This document shows positions 11,873 to 23,240 of a DNA stretch of 64,000 nt, in pieces. Every line of letters begins with the position of its first letter. Position 1 is the stretch's first letter. A program made the translations under genes and the position numbers. Below the pieces are notes generated by a model. The model saw only the letters and a list, made by a program, of their open reading frames with translations, made no database searches and was not told the DNA's origin. The DNA is from Selaginella moellendorffii (lineage: Eukaryota > Plantae > Lycopodiophyta): positions 68,169-132,168 of the forward strand of contig NW_003314304.1 in assembly GCF_000143415.4 (NCBI RefSeq). Reading direction: 5' to 3'.

Positions 11873-14800
11873 TGTTCCTTAGTCCAACTTTTATTGGTGC
11901 TCAAGTATATCACCACTAGTGTTGGCATCGGAAGGTCCGAGGAGTGGGCCTATCCTTGAGGAGTAGCAAGTCTGGAAGACATGGCTCTCCATTACAGTTC
12001 ATGTGTGAACTTGTAGACGAGGTGGTGGATAGAAAAGGGCCAATAATGGAACGACTTTGGGATCTTGGGAACAGTGCAAGGTTTTCCTCATTGAGTTGAG
12101 GATGTGATCCGGATGAGCATTTGTCTCAGCAAATTGGCTTAGGTTGTTGTGGTAAACAACTAAAGTTGGGATCACGGGAAAGATAGAGACTCCAAAACAA
12201 TAAAGGAGTCACAAGATTATCCTCATATAGTTGAGGTTGGTGCTCATGAATGTGAGACCAAAGGTAATGACCGTGGAAGGTCAAATACGGAAGAGGACTC
12301 AAGTCCTTGAAATGGTGGCTGGGGCTACCTCTAATAAATGCTGGAACAACCCAAGGAGTTGGGGGTGTATTAAGTGGATGAGTTGGTATTCTCATCACAT
12401 GGACAAGTAGTCCTAAGGGGCAAAGGTTGCCCCCAGAGAACAAAATCAAGTGTCGGAGTAACACTTGTGAAAATAGTCCTTTTGAGTAGGACCGGAATGC
12501 AAGATGTGTATTCTAGTGAGCTAGTGCCTCACAAGTAGGACCTTACGGGTCGGTGGATTAACCAAGTCCAAAACTGCTAGACGACTCAAGTAGAGTCCTA
12601 AAAAGGACTGAATGAAGCATTTGGACTGAGGTGCGTTGTACCCCACAAAGGATGGGGGGGGATCATAGGATCCAAGGATGAGAACAGAGAGTATCTCATC
12701 GATGGCAAAATGTGCCATGCTAAAGTTATGGGAAAGGTGTTCCCAGAAGAAAACAACTTTGACATAAAGTTGTGTGTGACCTCTATGGGGCAGTGCTAAC
12801 AGATGGTTGGCATGAGAAAGAGCGGTGTTGGTCTTGGCAAAGACTTAGACACGAAGGGAAATGTCATAGAGGTAGGCTCGTGGAGCCGATGGTGTGGAGA
12901 CACCAAATGTGCCAAGGTGTGATACCTTGAGGCTATGTTGGTGGGTTCATGAGAACCCCTTGCCAAAGGAATCCCAATGGAAATGGGAATGGCATAGCTT
13001 AAGCTGCAGAGCATGCAGTTGGAGTGTGGTGACCCAGATAGTGATGGAGGTGTGAAAGCACCAAGCAATGAGTTGTAGGACTTGACAACTATGAGGCAAC
13101 TAAGCAAGAGGTGCAAAATAACTGATTAAACGGGTAGAAGGTAGCTACCCAAGACTTCTAGTATAGGGAAGTCGAATATACCCTTACGAGGGATAAGTTT
13201 CTTATGTTGCGATATAGTAAGTCAATGTCATAAAAGGAAATACTCATTGTCAAGAAAGCCATCATTGGGACACCCGAACACTCTAGAACACCAGAAGGTG
13301 GTGTTTGATATCGCGAGGGCAATGGATAAAGCCCAAGGGACTAAGTCCCTAGCGAATGATGGATATAAGGTGCTATCCAAATGTCCAAGGTTGCGAAGAC
13401 AGGAGAGGATTGTCTACCCAAGTTGGACAAAGCCAAAAAATGGAATTTTGGCAAGGCTAGTGATGGGCATGTAAAGGCCCATAAGCAACAATGTAACCCC
13501 AGTGTGTGGGATTATAAGCTGAGCATACCCGGATTGAGGAACCACTCCCTGGGCTATTGGGTAGATTCATCCCTAAGAATACTTGCTAAGGCATGATAGA
13601 AAGTGCAAAGCTATCCTCCTGGTCTGGAGGAGAATGACCGAAGGAAAGGTGTGAAGCCAAAGGCAAGTAGTGTTGGGATGGAACTGAACCATAGAAATCA
13701 AAGGGCATATCCAACAGTGGTTATGAAAGTTGGGAGTGGAGAATCAAGAGGGTGCTCGAGGATGTTGTTGCTAGCAACCGTGATGCCATGGAGAGTCTAA
13801 AATATGGAATTGTCCATGTTAGACTATATGGCAACTATAAAGCTTGCGAAAGGGGAGGCCTTAGCAAGCTGAGGGACAGAGTTCCTTCAAAGTTCCCAAA
13901 GACGATTCTAAGTAGCGTAGTACCTAGAAAGGCCAAGTGTAAATGGTTCATGGAACGCGCGAAATTAGAGTGGCGCAGCAGAAGCGTGGTCTTGAAGCTT
14001 GCCATGAGGCAAGGTTATCAAGGTTAGGGAAGTAGTTCCCGAGTGTTCAAAGAGAGGGCTTTGAACGAAAGTCGATGGTCAAGGACTTTCACGCTTACGT
14101 AGGAACCATGTTACAATGGTTGGAGGACTTGCGGTGAGATTGGCACGTCGGGGGAACAAAGACCCTAGTTGAAGGTGATATCTTCAAAAAGGGTGGGCCA
14201 GGGGGCCGAGCATGGAGGAGTCCATGCATGATCATAGACATGTCAAGTGAGAGGACTTGGCAGTGTGGAGGAACTAGGTTCCTAAGCTGTGATCTGTAGC
14301 GCGCTTTAAAAATAGGTTGGTGCACCGGCGTGGGGAGTCACGCCAGGCATCTAGTCTGATGCTGTCCGTAGATGCATATACGGAGGTTGGGTTCGAGTCC
14401 CGACCCTCTAGTGCTTGGGTTCGAGTCCCAAATCACTAGGGCGTGGTGATGGTTTGGAATATGAGGACACTCATATTTCGGTGGTCATGGACTCTCAGTG
14501 GGGAGACTGGTTTGGGCACACCGCCAAGCGAGGGATGCCTCGGAGTCGTGATGCACGGTTAGATTGCTTAGTGTGAAAGCTCGGCATATCTAACTTGAAC
14601 GCTTTGGTGCAAGTGGCACCAAGGTCGTGGTGAGTGAGATGGGGACACCTAATTTCAGTTGCTATGAACCCTTGGCCGTAAGGGCTAGCTTGGGTGCACC
14701 GCCAAGTGTGGGGGATGCCCCCGGGGTTATAGTCAACAACTTGGAGGTCTAGAAGACCAAGTACCTCTTGGCAACTCTGTTAAGGTGCCAAGGTGAGATC

Positions 14801-16186
14801 ACTAGGTGATCTTATGGCCAGATAAGGACAAGGTCCTTGGTTGGCTAAGGAATGAAGTTCCTGGTTCAAAATGTTGAAATTGAACTGTTTAAGATGGTGT
14901 GGCTTGGTCGCGATGACCAAGTGGGAAGAGCACCTAAGGGAAATAAACTATGTCCGTCCGATGGCATAGTGAGTCCGAGGAAAGTAGTCTCTATAAAAGA
15001 CCCATGGGAGGGTCACGAAGTTGGGCCATGGATAGAGCCCATAGCAGAATATGCTAAAGAGACATACTAGGGTTGAACATCCTCCGGACTTGGCCAAGAA
15101 GAGTCGTTGCTATGGAACCGAAAGGATACCTCAAAAATGGAGGTAGCGATCCGATGTTGCTGGGTGCAACAATCAAGGATAGGAGCAAAGGACTAGTGGC
15201 CAAAGTTTGGGCCATGGAATTTAATGGAAGGGATCCAAATGGCAAAATTAGCCAAGGAACACTAATGTGTTCGATGCTAACAGCTTGTGGGAAAGGAAGC
15301 GGACTTTCAAGGACGGATTCCTAAGTGCTCCAATTTGGCGAAGTAAAGGCTCCAAGTGAGGGAGCGGTAAGGTAGCCAAATGATAGGGCCATGGACAGCC
15401 CTAGCACAAAGTATGATAAATGGAACTTAGTGCCCAAGGTGGCACGAAATAGAAGAGAGGATGATGGTGCCCTCAAGTAATGAACTTCCTAGGATAGGGA
15501 AGTGGAGTTGCACAATCTGTGCAATGCAAGGTGTTGGAGACACCTAGGAAATTGACTCCCAAAAAGTCAAAAGAGTAAAAGTTCCAAGGTGCAAACATTC
15601 AATAGATGGAAATTGAGACTACCCGAGAAGGAGTAGTGGGATTGACTTAGAGAAGGGTCTCTAAGAGGTTTAGCGAGAACTAAACCAATAAAAGGGGAGA
15701 ACCATTACATGTGGTCCAATCAGTCTCTAAGTTGGAGAGACTACGCTCCTTAAAGGATATGCAAAAGGCATGGTGAGCCTTCAATGTCCAACCATTGACG
15801 AATATGGAGAAGGCATGGTGAGCCTTTGATGTCAAACCATAGACAAAGATTGGCTAGGTGCCAAGGATGGAAATGGTAACACGTGTGGGTGTTACTTTAT
15901 GAAAGGGTTTACCGTTCGATGAGGACATCGAACTTCGTCTATGGGTGGTGGAGTTGTGAGACACAAAATCCCTAGGCCCCAAAGTGGAGCCGGAAGGGCG
16001 CCACATGGTAGTGGCCGAAGCGAGAGCCAAACGAGCGTAACACGTTTGAACCAAAAGCTCCGACTTGAAAAGTCAAGAGCGGGAGTGGAACTCCCAACGA
16101 AGTGCTCGAGGAACGAGCACGAAGCGAGCAAAAGGCGAGGCTCGAAAAAGGGACCCAAAAGGACCAACACATGACACGTGGGAGTG

Positions 16187-16594
16187 TCCGAGATGGAGTC
16201 CGAAGTGGAGTCCGAGGTGGACCCGAGTTGGAGTCCGAAGTGGAGTCCGAGATGGACCCGAGATGGACCCGAAATGGAGTCCGAGATGGAGTCCGAGATG
16301 GACCCGAGATGGACCCGAGATGGAGTCCGAGATGGAGTCCGAGATGGAGTCCGAGATGGACCCGAGATGGAGTCCGAGATGGAGTCCGAGATGGAGTCCG
16401 AGATGGACCCGAGATGGACCCGAAATGGAGTCCGAGATGGAGTCCGAGATGGACCCGAAATGGAGTCCGAGATGCAGTCCGAGATGGACCCGAGATGGAG
16501 TCCGAGATGGAGTCCGAGATGGACCCGAGATGGAGTCCGAGATGGAGTCCGAGATGGAGTCCGAGATGGAGTCCAAAGTCGAGACCGAGACCGG

Positions 16595-16626
<32 letters not shown>

Positions 16627-16733
16627 TCGGGACCGAGACCGAGACCGAGGCCGAGGCCGAGACCGAGCCCGAGCCCGAGTCCGAGTCTGAATCCGAATCC
16701 GAGTCCGAGTCTGAGTCCGAGTCCGAGTCCGGA
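16187..16733 (+). repeat. LTR minisatellite, 3' LTR of A1
   Basis: Same units; 33 long units counted, 58 bp longer than in the 5' LTR. Confidence 0.97.
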
Positions 16734-18428
16734 GCCTGAGAGGGTGAAAGCCCAAAGCGTTCGTCTCCCAGACCCTGGGGGGTTTGGTGAGCTCCAAAAG
16801 TATAGTAGGGGGAGGACTGCAGTGGAGCCAGTTTGGCCAGGAAAGGCCAGTTTGGCCCAGGAAGGCCAGACCCAGTGTTGGGTGATGAACTGACCACTGG
16901 GAAGTCCAAGACTAGAGTGAATACGGACCGACAAGCGGGGTAGCTTGGTGAAGTGTTCAAGAGCCGGCTCTAGTTCCCCCGGGAGATCGACTGGCCGATG
17001 CTCCCAGTCCAAGTGTGGGTGGCACTACCTACTTGGATACCAGGCGTGGCTCAACGGAACCTCGCTCTAAGCCCATGGCTAGAGCACCTAAAGGCGATAG
17101 GTGGGGAGAGTACCCAGGTGGCTCGCGTAAGGCCACGGTGTTCCGAAATGTCATCCCAAAGGCCCAGACTGTGGAAAGGAAGAGGAGCAGTCCTCTGGGG
17201 TAGTGACCAAGGACGCAGTCGTGTGGTGAGGAAGTCCCAGAGGACCGTGGGACTTAGGGGTCGGGCCTGTGGGCCTCGATCCAGTGGCAGTGTTGGCAAA
17301 CACGGCCAGGGGCAGAAAGGGACTTGGTAGGAACTGACAAAGGGACTTTGGGGAAGGCGATTCCCTAGGTCTGTGGGCATCCTAAGGATGCTAAGGAGTG
17401 GATCCAGGATGACCCCTCGTAGACAGATGGCCCAGTCTTGGAGAGACGGGATGGTGATGCAAGTGGTATTGGACCATTTGCGCAGCAAAGGTGAATGGGC
17501 ATGGCCTTAGCGTAACAGGCCGAGATGTCAGTGGTACCTTTGGGTGTCGGTCATGGGATCGGACACGTGGAGCACTTGGACCAAGTGCAAAGGTTGAGTG
17601 GCATGGATGCCATTCTCGGGGCTAGCAAGCCCCAAGTCCTGAATGGGACTTATGGAGGTTGTGAATGAGACTCCTCCAAGTGGTCGGAGGTGTGGTTAAG
17701 TGACTAAAGTAGAATGGAAAAATTTAGTCGCTTACATATCCATCCACAAGTGGTCATCCCAGATCCACTCCTTAGCATCCTTAGGATGCCCGTAAACATG
17801 GGGAACAACCTTCCCCAATATCCCTTTTTCAATCCCTATCAAATCCCTTTCCGACCATGGCTATGTTCGCTAATATTGCCACTGGATCAAGGCCCATAGG
17901 CCCAACCACCAAGTACCACAGTCCTCTAGGACTTCCTTACCATTTGACCATATCCTTAGTCACTACACTAGAGGACTGCTCCTCTTCTTTTCCACAGATT
18001 AAGACTTTGGGACAACATTTCGGAACACCGTGGCCTTATGCGAGCCTCATGTGTACTCTCCCCACCTTCTGCCTTTGGGTGCTCTAGACATGGGCTTAGA
18101 GCAAGTTTCTGTTGAGCCACACCAGGTATCCAAGTAGGTAGTGCCACCCATGCTTGAATTGGAAGCATCGGCCATTCGATCTCTCGAGGGAACTAGGGCC
18201 AGCTTTTGAACACTTCACCAAGCTGCCCTACTTGTCGGTCCATATTCATTCTAGCCTTGGACTTCCCAGTGGTTATCCCATTACCCAACACCTAGGTACA
18301 GCCTTCCCGGGCCAAATTGGCCTTTTCTGGCCAAACTGGCTCCACTGGAGTCCTCCCCCTACTATACTTTTGGAGCTCACCAAACCTCCCAGGGTCTGGG
18401 AGATGAACACTTTGGGCTTTCACCCTCA

Positions 18429-18800
18429 AACTCGAACTCGGGCTTGGACTTAGGCTCAAACTCGGACTCAAACTCAGACTCGGGCTTGGGCTTGTTCTCG
18501 GCTTCGGCCTCAATCTCGGTCTTGGTCTTGGTCCCGGTCTTGTTCTCGATCTTGGTCCCAGTCTCGTTCTCGGTCTAGGTCTCAGTCTCGACCCTCAGAC
18601 TCCATCTCGGACTCTATCTCGGACTCTATCTTGAGTCCATCTTAGACTCCATCTCAAACTCCATCTCGAACTCCATCTCAAGTCCATCTCAGACTCCATC
18701 TCGGGTCCATCTCAGACTCTATCTCAAATCCTTCTCAGACTCCATCTCGGGTCCGTCTCAAACTCCATCTCGGACTCCATCTTGGACTCCATCTCGAACT
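18429..18800 (-). repeat. Decayed family-A LTR minisatellite
   Basis: GACTCCATCTCG-type units with many C>T/G>A changes. Confidence 0.9.
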
Positions 18801-19105
18801 CAACCACATGTCATGTGTTGGTCCTCTTGTGTGCCTTTTCTAGAGACTCTTTTATTGCTCACTTTGTGCTCGTTCTTCAAACACTTCGTTGGGAGTTCCA
18901 CTCCTGCTCTTGACTTTTCAAGTCAGAGCTTTTAGTCCAAACATGTTATGCTTGTTTGGCTTTCCCTTTAGCCACTACCATATGGCACTCATCAGCTCCA
19001 CTTTGGGGCTTAGGGATTTGTGTCTCACAACTCCACCACCCATAAACAAAGTTTGATGTCCTCATAAAATAATAAACTATTTTATAAAGTAATACTACCA
19101 TGTAT

Positions 19106-22100
19106 TGTCAAGACCCCCAACAAGATCAAGATTGAAAAATGCAAAAGACAAAGAAAAAAGCTAGTGGAAACAAAGAAGAGGCCTTAAACTGGCGTTGATT
19201 CAGATTGTGGAGAAATGGAACAAAGCTAACCTATATATATTATAGGTTGATGAAGCTCCACCACTCTTGGATCGAGGACGGCCTAAATATAATTGAGGTC
19301 GAGGAAGCGCCACATCATCATCAGGAATGTGGCTTGAGACTCAGGAATCGTACAGGAAATCAGAGAGTCAGGAATAGGGAAGTGTCTTGAGAGTTAGGAA
19401 TGTGGTCTGCAAGTCAGGAATCCGGCGAGAGTTAGGAATGTGGCAAGAATTGGGGGATTTCTGACAGCACCCCCTCCTCAAAAACGAGTGGAACAAGGAC
19501 GTGAACGAGAATGAAGAGGAGGATGAGATGAGTGGTGAGGGATGGGAGATGGAGAAAAAGAATGAGGACTAGGACGAAAAGGATAGCGATGGTGGAAGTC
19601 TTGAACAAGGTCAGGAGAATGAATTAGGTTGTCCACAGGTTCCCAAGTGCGTTCCTCAGGTCCATAACCCTTTCAGTCGACCAGATAGTCGAGTTTAGAC
19701 CGTGAAATCTTGGAATCAAGGATGTCCTGAACCTCGTACTTAGACCCATCCTCGAGCTGCACTAGTGGAGGCGGAGGAATGACCCGATTTGGAATAGGAC
19801 TGGGAATATAAGGCTCAAGGAGAGAGGAGTGAAAAACGGGGTGAATTTGATATGAGGAGGGAAGTGCAAGGCGATAAGTGATAGGATTAATGATGGTAGT
19901 GATAGGGAAAGGACCGAGGCCTTTGAAATCAAGTTTTGGATAGGGTCTGGTGGTGGAGATATTTTGCCTGAGGAGCCAAACTTTATCCTCGATATTGTAA
20001 GGGGGACAATCCTGACAATGGACATTGGCAAATGTTTTGTGAGATTCTTGAGCACGATAGAGGTGGAAGGAGATGGAGTTGTGGATTTCCTGGAGGTTGG
20101 AGACAAATGCCTCAGAGCGGGGATTGGAATGAGAAGATTCGGATGGAGAAGGAAGTGAGAGATTGAATCGGGTATTTCGGCTAGAGTTCGCAAAGAAAGG
20201 GGAAATTCAAAGAGAGGAGTGAACAGAGTTGTTATAGGAAAACTCAGCAAGGGGAAGGATATCGAACCAGTTAACCTGATGATAGTTGATGAAGCACCTC
20301 AAAAATTGTTCCAATGTCTGAATTGTTCGCTCAGACTATCCATCAGTTTGAGGATGATACGCCGAAGAGAGGTTGGCCTTCACTCCAAGTAGCTGCAAAA
20401 ACTGTTGCCAGAAATGAGAGATGAACTGAGGTCCCTGATCCGAAACCACATCTGCAAGAATCCCATGAAGTCAGAAAATTTCCCTGAATACTAGTTTTGC
20501 CATGTCCTCACCCGAAAACTCCTTGGTACACAGTAGGAAGTGAGCCATCTTTGTGAAGCAATCCACCATGACTAAAATGTTGTTGAAGCCTCCAGAACTC
20601 GGAAGATCACTCAAGAAATCCATGGAGATGGATTCCCAAGGACCTGAAGGGACTAGGAGGGAATGAAGCAAACCTAAAGGAAGTTGGCGAAGTACCTTAT
20701 TCTGGGCACAAGTGTCACAGGAGGTAACAAAAGCTTTGATGTAGTCGTCCATGTGAGGCCACCAAAAGTCCCGTGCAACTAGCTCATAGGTTTTCGCAAT
20801 GCCGAAGTGACCAGCAGTTGGGCTATCGTGGCACACCATCAGAACCAACCTTTGAGCATCACCTTCAGGAACGTAAAGCTGCTCCCCACAGTACAATAAG
20901 CCATCTAAGAACTCGAACTCGTCAAATTGCCGGTAGTCGAGAGTCACTGGGTGTCCAGCCTGAAGATGGGGGAAAATGTCGCTGGTGAGATCATCAAATT
21001 GAAGATCGTTTCTGATCACATCTATCAAGGAGGAGTCCTGAGGGGCCAGGGAAATTGCCATAACTTGAAGCCGATCAGGACCAAGGATAACTTGATCCTG
21101 TTGATCGAAGGCAAGATTACCAGGCCTGAGACTGAGATAGGAGCACCTTGAAAGAGCATCAGGAAGGCCTTGAAGCTTTCCAGGTTTGTACTTGATAACA
21201 AAGTCAAACCGACTCAGGAATTGTGCCCACCTTACTTAACGATGGCTCAAAACTCAGGAAGTGGCAAAGTACTCGAGATTTTTGTGATTCGTCTAGACTA
21301 TTGTTTGATGGCCTGCCCCCTCCAAGAAACGGCGCCACTCTCCAAAGGAATCCACGATGGCAAGGAGCTCCTTGTCATGGATTTCGTAATTGATCTCCGT
21401 AGGCTGGAATTTCCGAGAATGGAAAGCAACCGGATGAAGTTTTTGATCCACTCCGAGTTGAGACAGCACAACACCGATGGCAAAGTCGGAGGCATCAACC
21501 TCAATGAAGAAAGATTGTGAGGGATCAGCATGGATCAAGATGGGAGCAGAACTAAAGGCTGCCTTGAGTGTGTCGAAGGCCTGCTGGGCAGCAGCAGACC
21601 AAGAGAAGGGAACATCCTTGTGAGTGAGATGCGTGAGAGGAAGGACAATGTCAGAGTAGTGATCAATGAATTTGCTGTAGAAGTTGGCAAAGCCAAGGAA
21701 AACCTGAACATCTGACATTGATTGTGGAGGCTCCCATTCGAGAATAGTCTTGACTTTGGCAGGATCCATCGTGATACCCTCAAAAGTGACAATATACCCA
21801 AGGAATTCCACAAACTGCTGATCGAAGGAACATTTCTCAAGCTTCGCGTATAGACCGTGTTCTCACAGCTTCGCCAGCACCTTGCGTACATGTTCGTCGT
21901 GCTCCTCCTGAGTTTTTTAGTAGATGAGGTAGACGATCACCATCTAATTAAGAAACTCCCGAAAGACATCGTTCGACATGTGTTGGAAAACTACTGGGGC
22001 ATTTGTCAAGCCAAATGGCATGACAGTGTACTCGAAGTGGCCATAACGGGTTCGAAACGCAGTCTTCCATTCATCACCAGGCCAGATCCGGATCAGGTTG

Positions 22101-23240
22101 TATGCTCCACGGAGGTCGATCTTGGTGAAGAAGCGGGCACTGCCGAGGCGTTCCAACAGGTCTGAGATCATGGGCAGCAGATAATGGTTCTGAACAATCA
22201 CCTTGTTCAAACCTCGGTAGTTGATGACTAGCCGGAAACTCCTATCCTTCTTCTTGACAAAGAAGACAAGCGCTCCAGCCGGGGATTGCAAATGCCGAAT
22301 GTACCCTGAGGCAAGGTTTTCATCCACGTACTCTTTGAGGGCGTTAAGCTCGGATAGGGATAACCCGTAGATAGGCCCCCACGGAGGTGATGCTCCTTCC
22401 TGTAAATCAATAGGACAGTCATAAGGCCGATGAACAGGCAATACACTAGCTTTTTTCTTGTTAAACACATCCCCAAAATCATGATACTTCTCAGGAAGAC
22501 TAACAGGAGAAACATGCAAAGCAAAAAGGAAAATAGGTTCTTCATGAAGGAGTTCTTTCATAGTGATTGTGGAGATAGGAGGAGGTGTACGACTAAATGG
22601 AATGATGAGACGAGGATACTGTCTAGTGTAAGATGGAAGAGAGGGAAAAGAAGAGGGTGAAAACTTTGTAGAGTCAGGAACAGAACCCTGATTTGAGTTT
22701 AGGGAACTTTTCCTGATTCGGACTCGATGAACAGTAGGGGAAGCCATGGGAGATGGTGATGTGGGAGAGATCAACTGTAATTCCTTCTAATAGATCTGAG
22801 GCTGATGTAGTTGGAACCAAGGAAGACTGAGCACCACAAAGGAGGACTTGTTGTTGATGATGTTGAAGGCGATATCGGTGACGGTGGACCCGATGTGTAC
22901 TCGAATAGGCAACATTTCCCTAAGTCCAAAAGATGGAGACACAAAATGCCTGCCAATGCCTTCAACCCTCAGATCCCGTATGGTAGGAGAAAGAGGAATG
23001 TGATGTCGGGCAGCAAAGTCCGTGTCCATGAAGCAAGAAGTTGCACCTGAGTCTAGTAGCACTAGAGCCTTGAGTCTTGATTGTTCGATGAAAGAAAGGA
23101 GACATGGGATGCGGAAGTTGCGGGAATTGGTGTGGCTTTGATGAAAGGTGGTGAGGAGCTTGATAAAGAAGAAAAGTGATTTTTATTCGGGGAGTCCAAA
23201 CAAACAGCTCCTACTCTGTTTGGACAAGGTTTTTTCCTGT
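19106..23240 (-). mobile_element. 5'-truncated Ty3/gypsy chromovirus (family C; Tcn1/Tf1-like) with degenerate PR-RT-RH-IN-chromodomain and 3' LTR 19106-19466
   Basis: Protease LLDSGAT (23062), RT FFTKIDLRGAYNLIRI...KTAFRTRYGHFEY, RH EVDASDFAIG...NYEIHDKELLAI, IN zinc finger HDSPTAGH...CDTC and core PWESISMDF, chromodomain YEVQDILDSK...YLVD*KGYGPEERTWEP (~19635-19740). LTR TGTCA...TGACA, PPT TGAGGAGGGGGTGC. Multiple stops and frameshifts. Confidence 0.92.

Larger units (their letters stand above)
10109..17736 (+). mobile_element. Full-length young non-autonomous LTR retrotransposon (family A, copy A1; LARD-like)
   Basis: LTRs 10109-11857 and 15955-17736 (TG...CA, near-identical), TSD TATCC (10104-10108, 17737-17741), PBS TGGTATCAGAGC 11861-11872 (initiator tRNA-Met), PPT 15941-15954. 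The 4.1-kb interior has no ORF over 112 aa. Confidence 0.96.
9798..19105 (-). mobile_element. Older family-A element, 3' part: 3' LTR 9798-19029 (split by element A1), PPT, short internal stub
   Basis: Reverse complement of the A LTR (TGTAAGAGACTAAATTT at 9798, TGTCTCACA ending 19029), followed by reverse-complemented PPT ACTCCACCACCCAT 19030-19043. Confidence 0.88.

Noticed and set aside
14340-14440. tRNA gene
   Set aside because: Only T-arm hairpins are present; no D-arm/A-box or anticodon arm.
19101-19105. TGTAT precedes both the LTR at 9798 and the LTR at 19106, as if a TSD
   Set aside because: The second copy is not adjacent to the end of the A LTR (19029) and aligns with family-A interior sequence; likely coincidence.
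19762-20250. 162-aa ORF as an extra retroelement gene
   Set aside because: It is an off-frame reading of the integrase C-terminal region ([12 protein letters not shown] lies in another frame).
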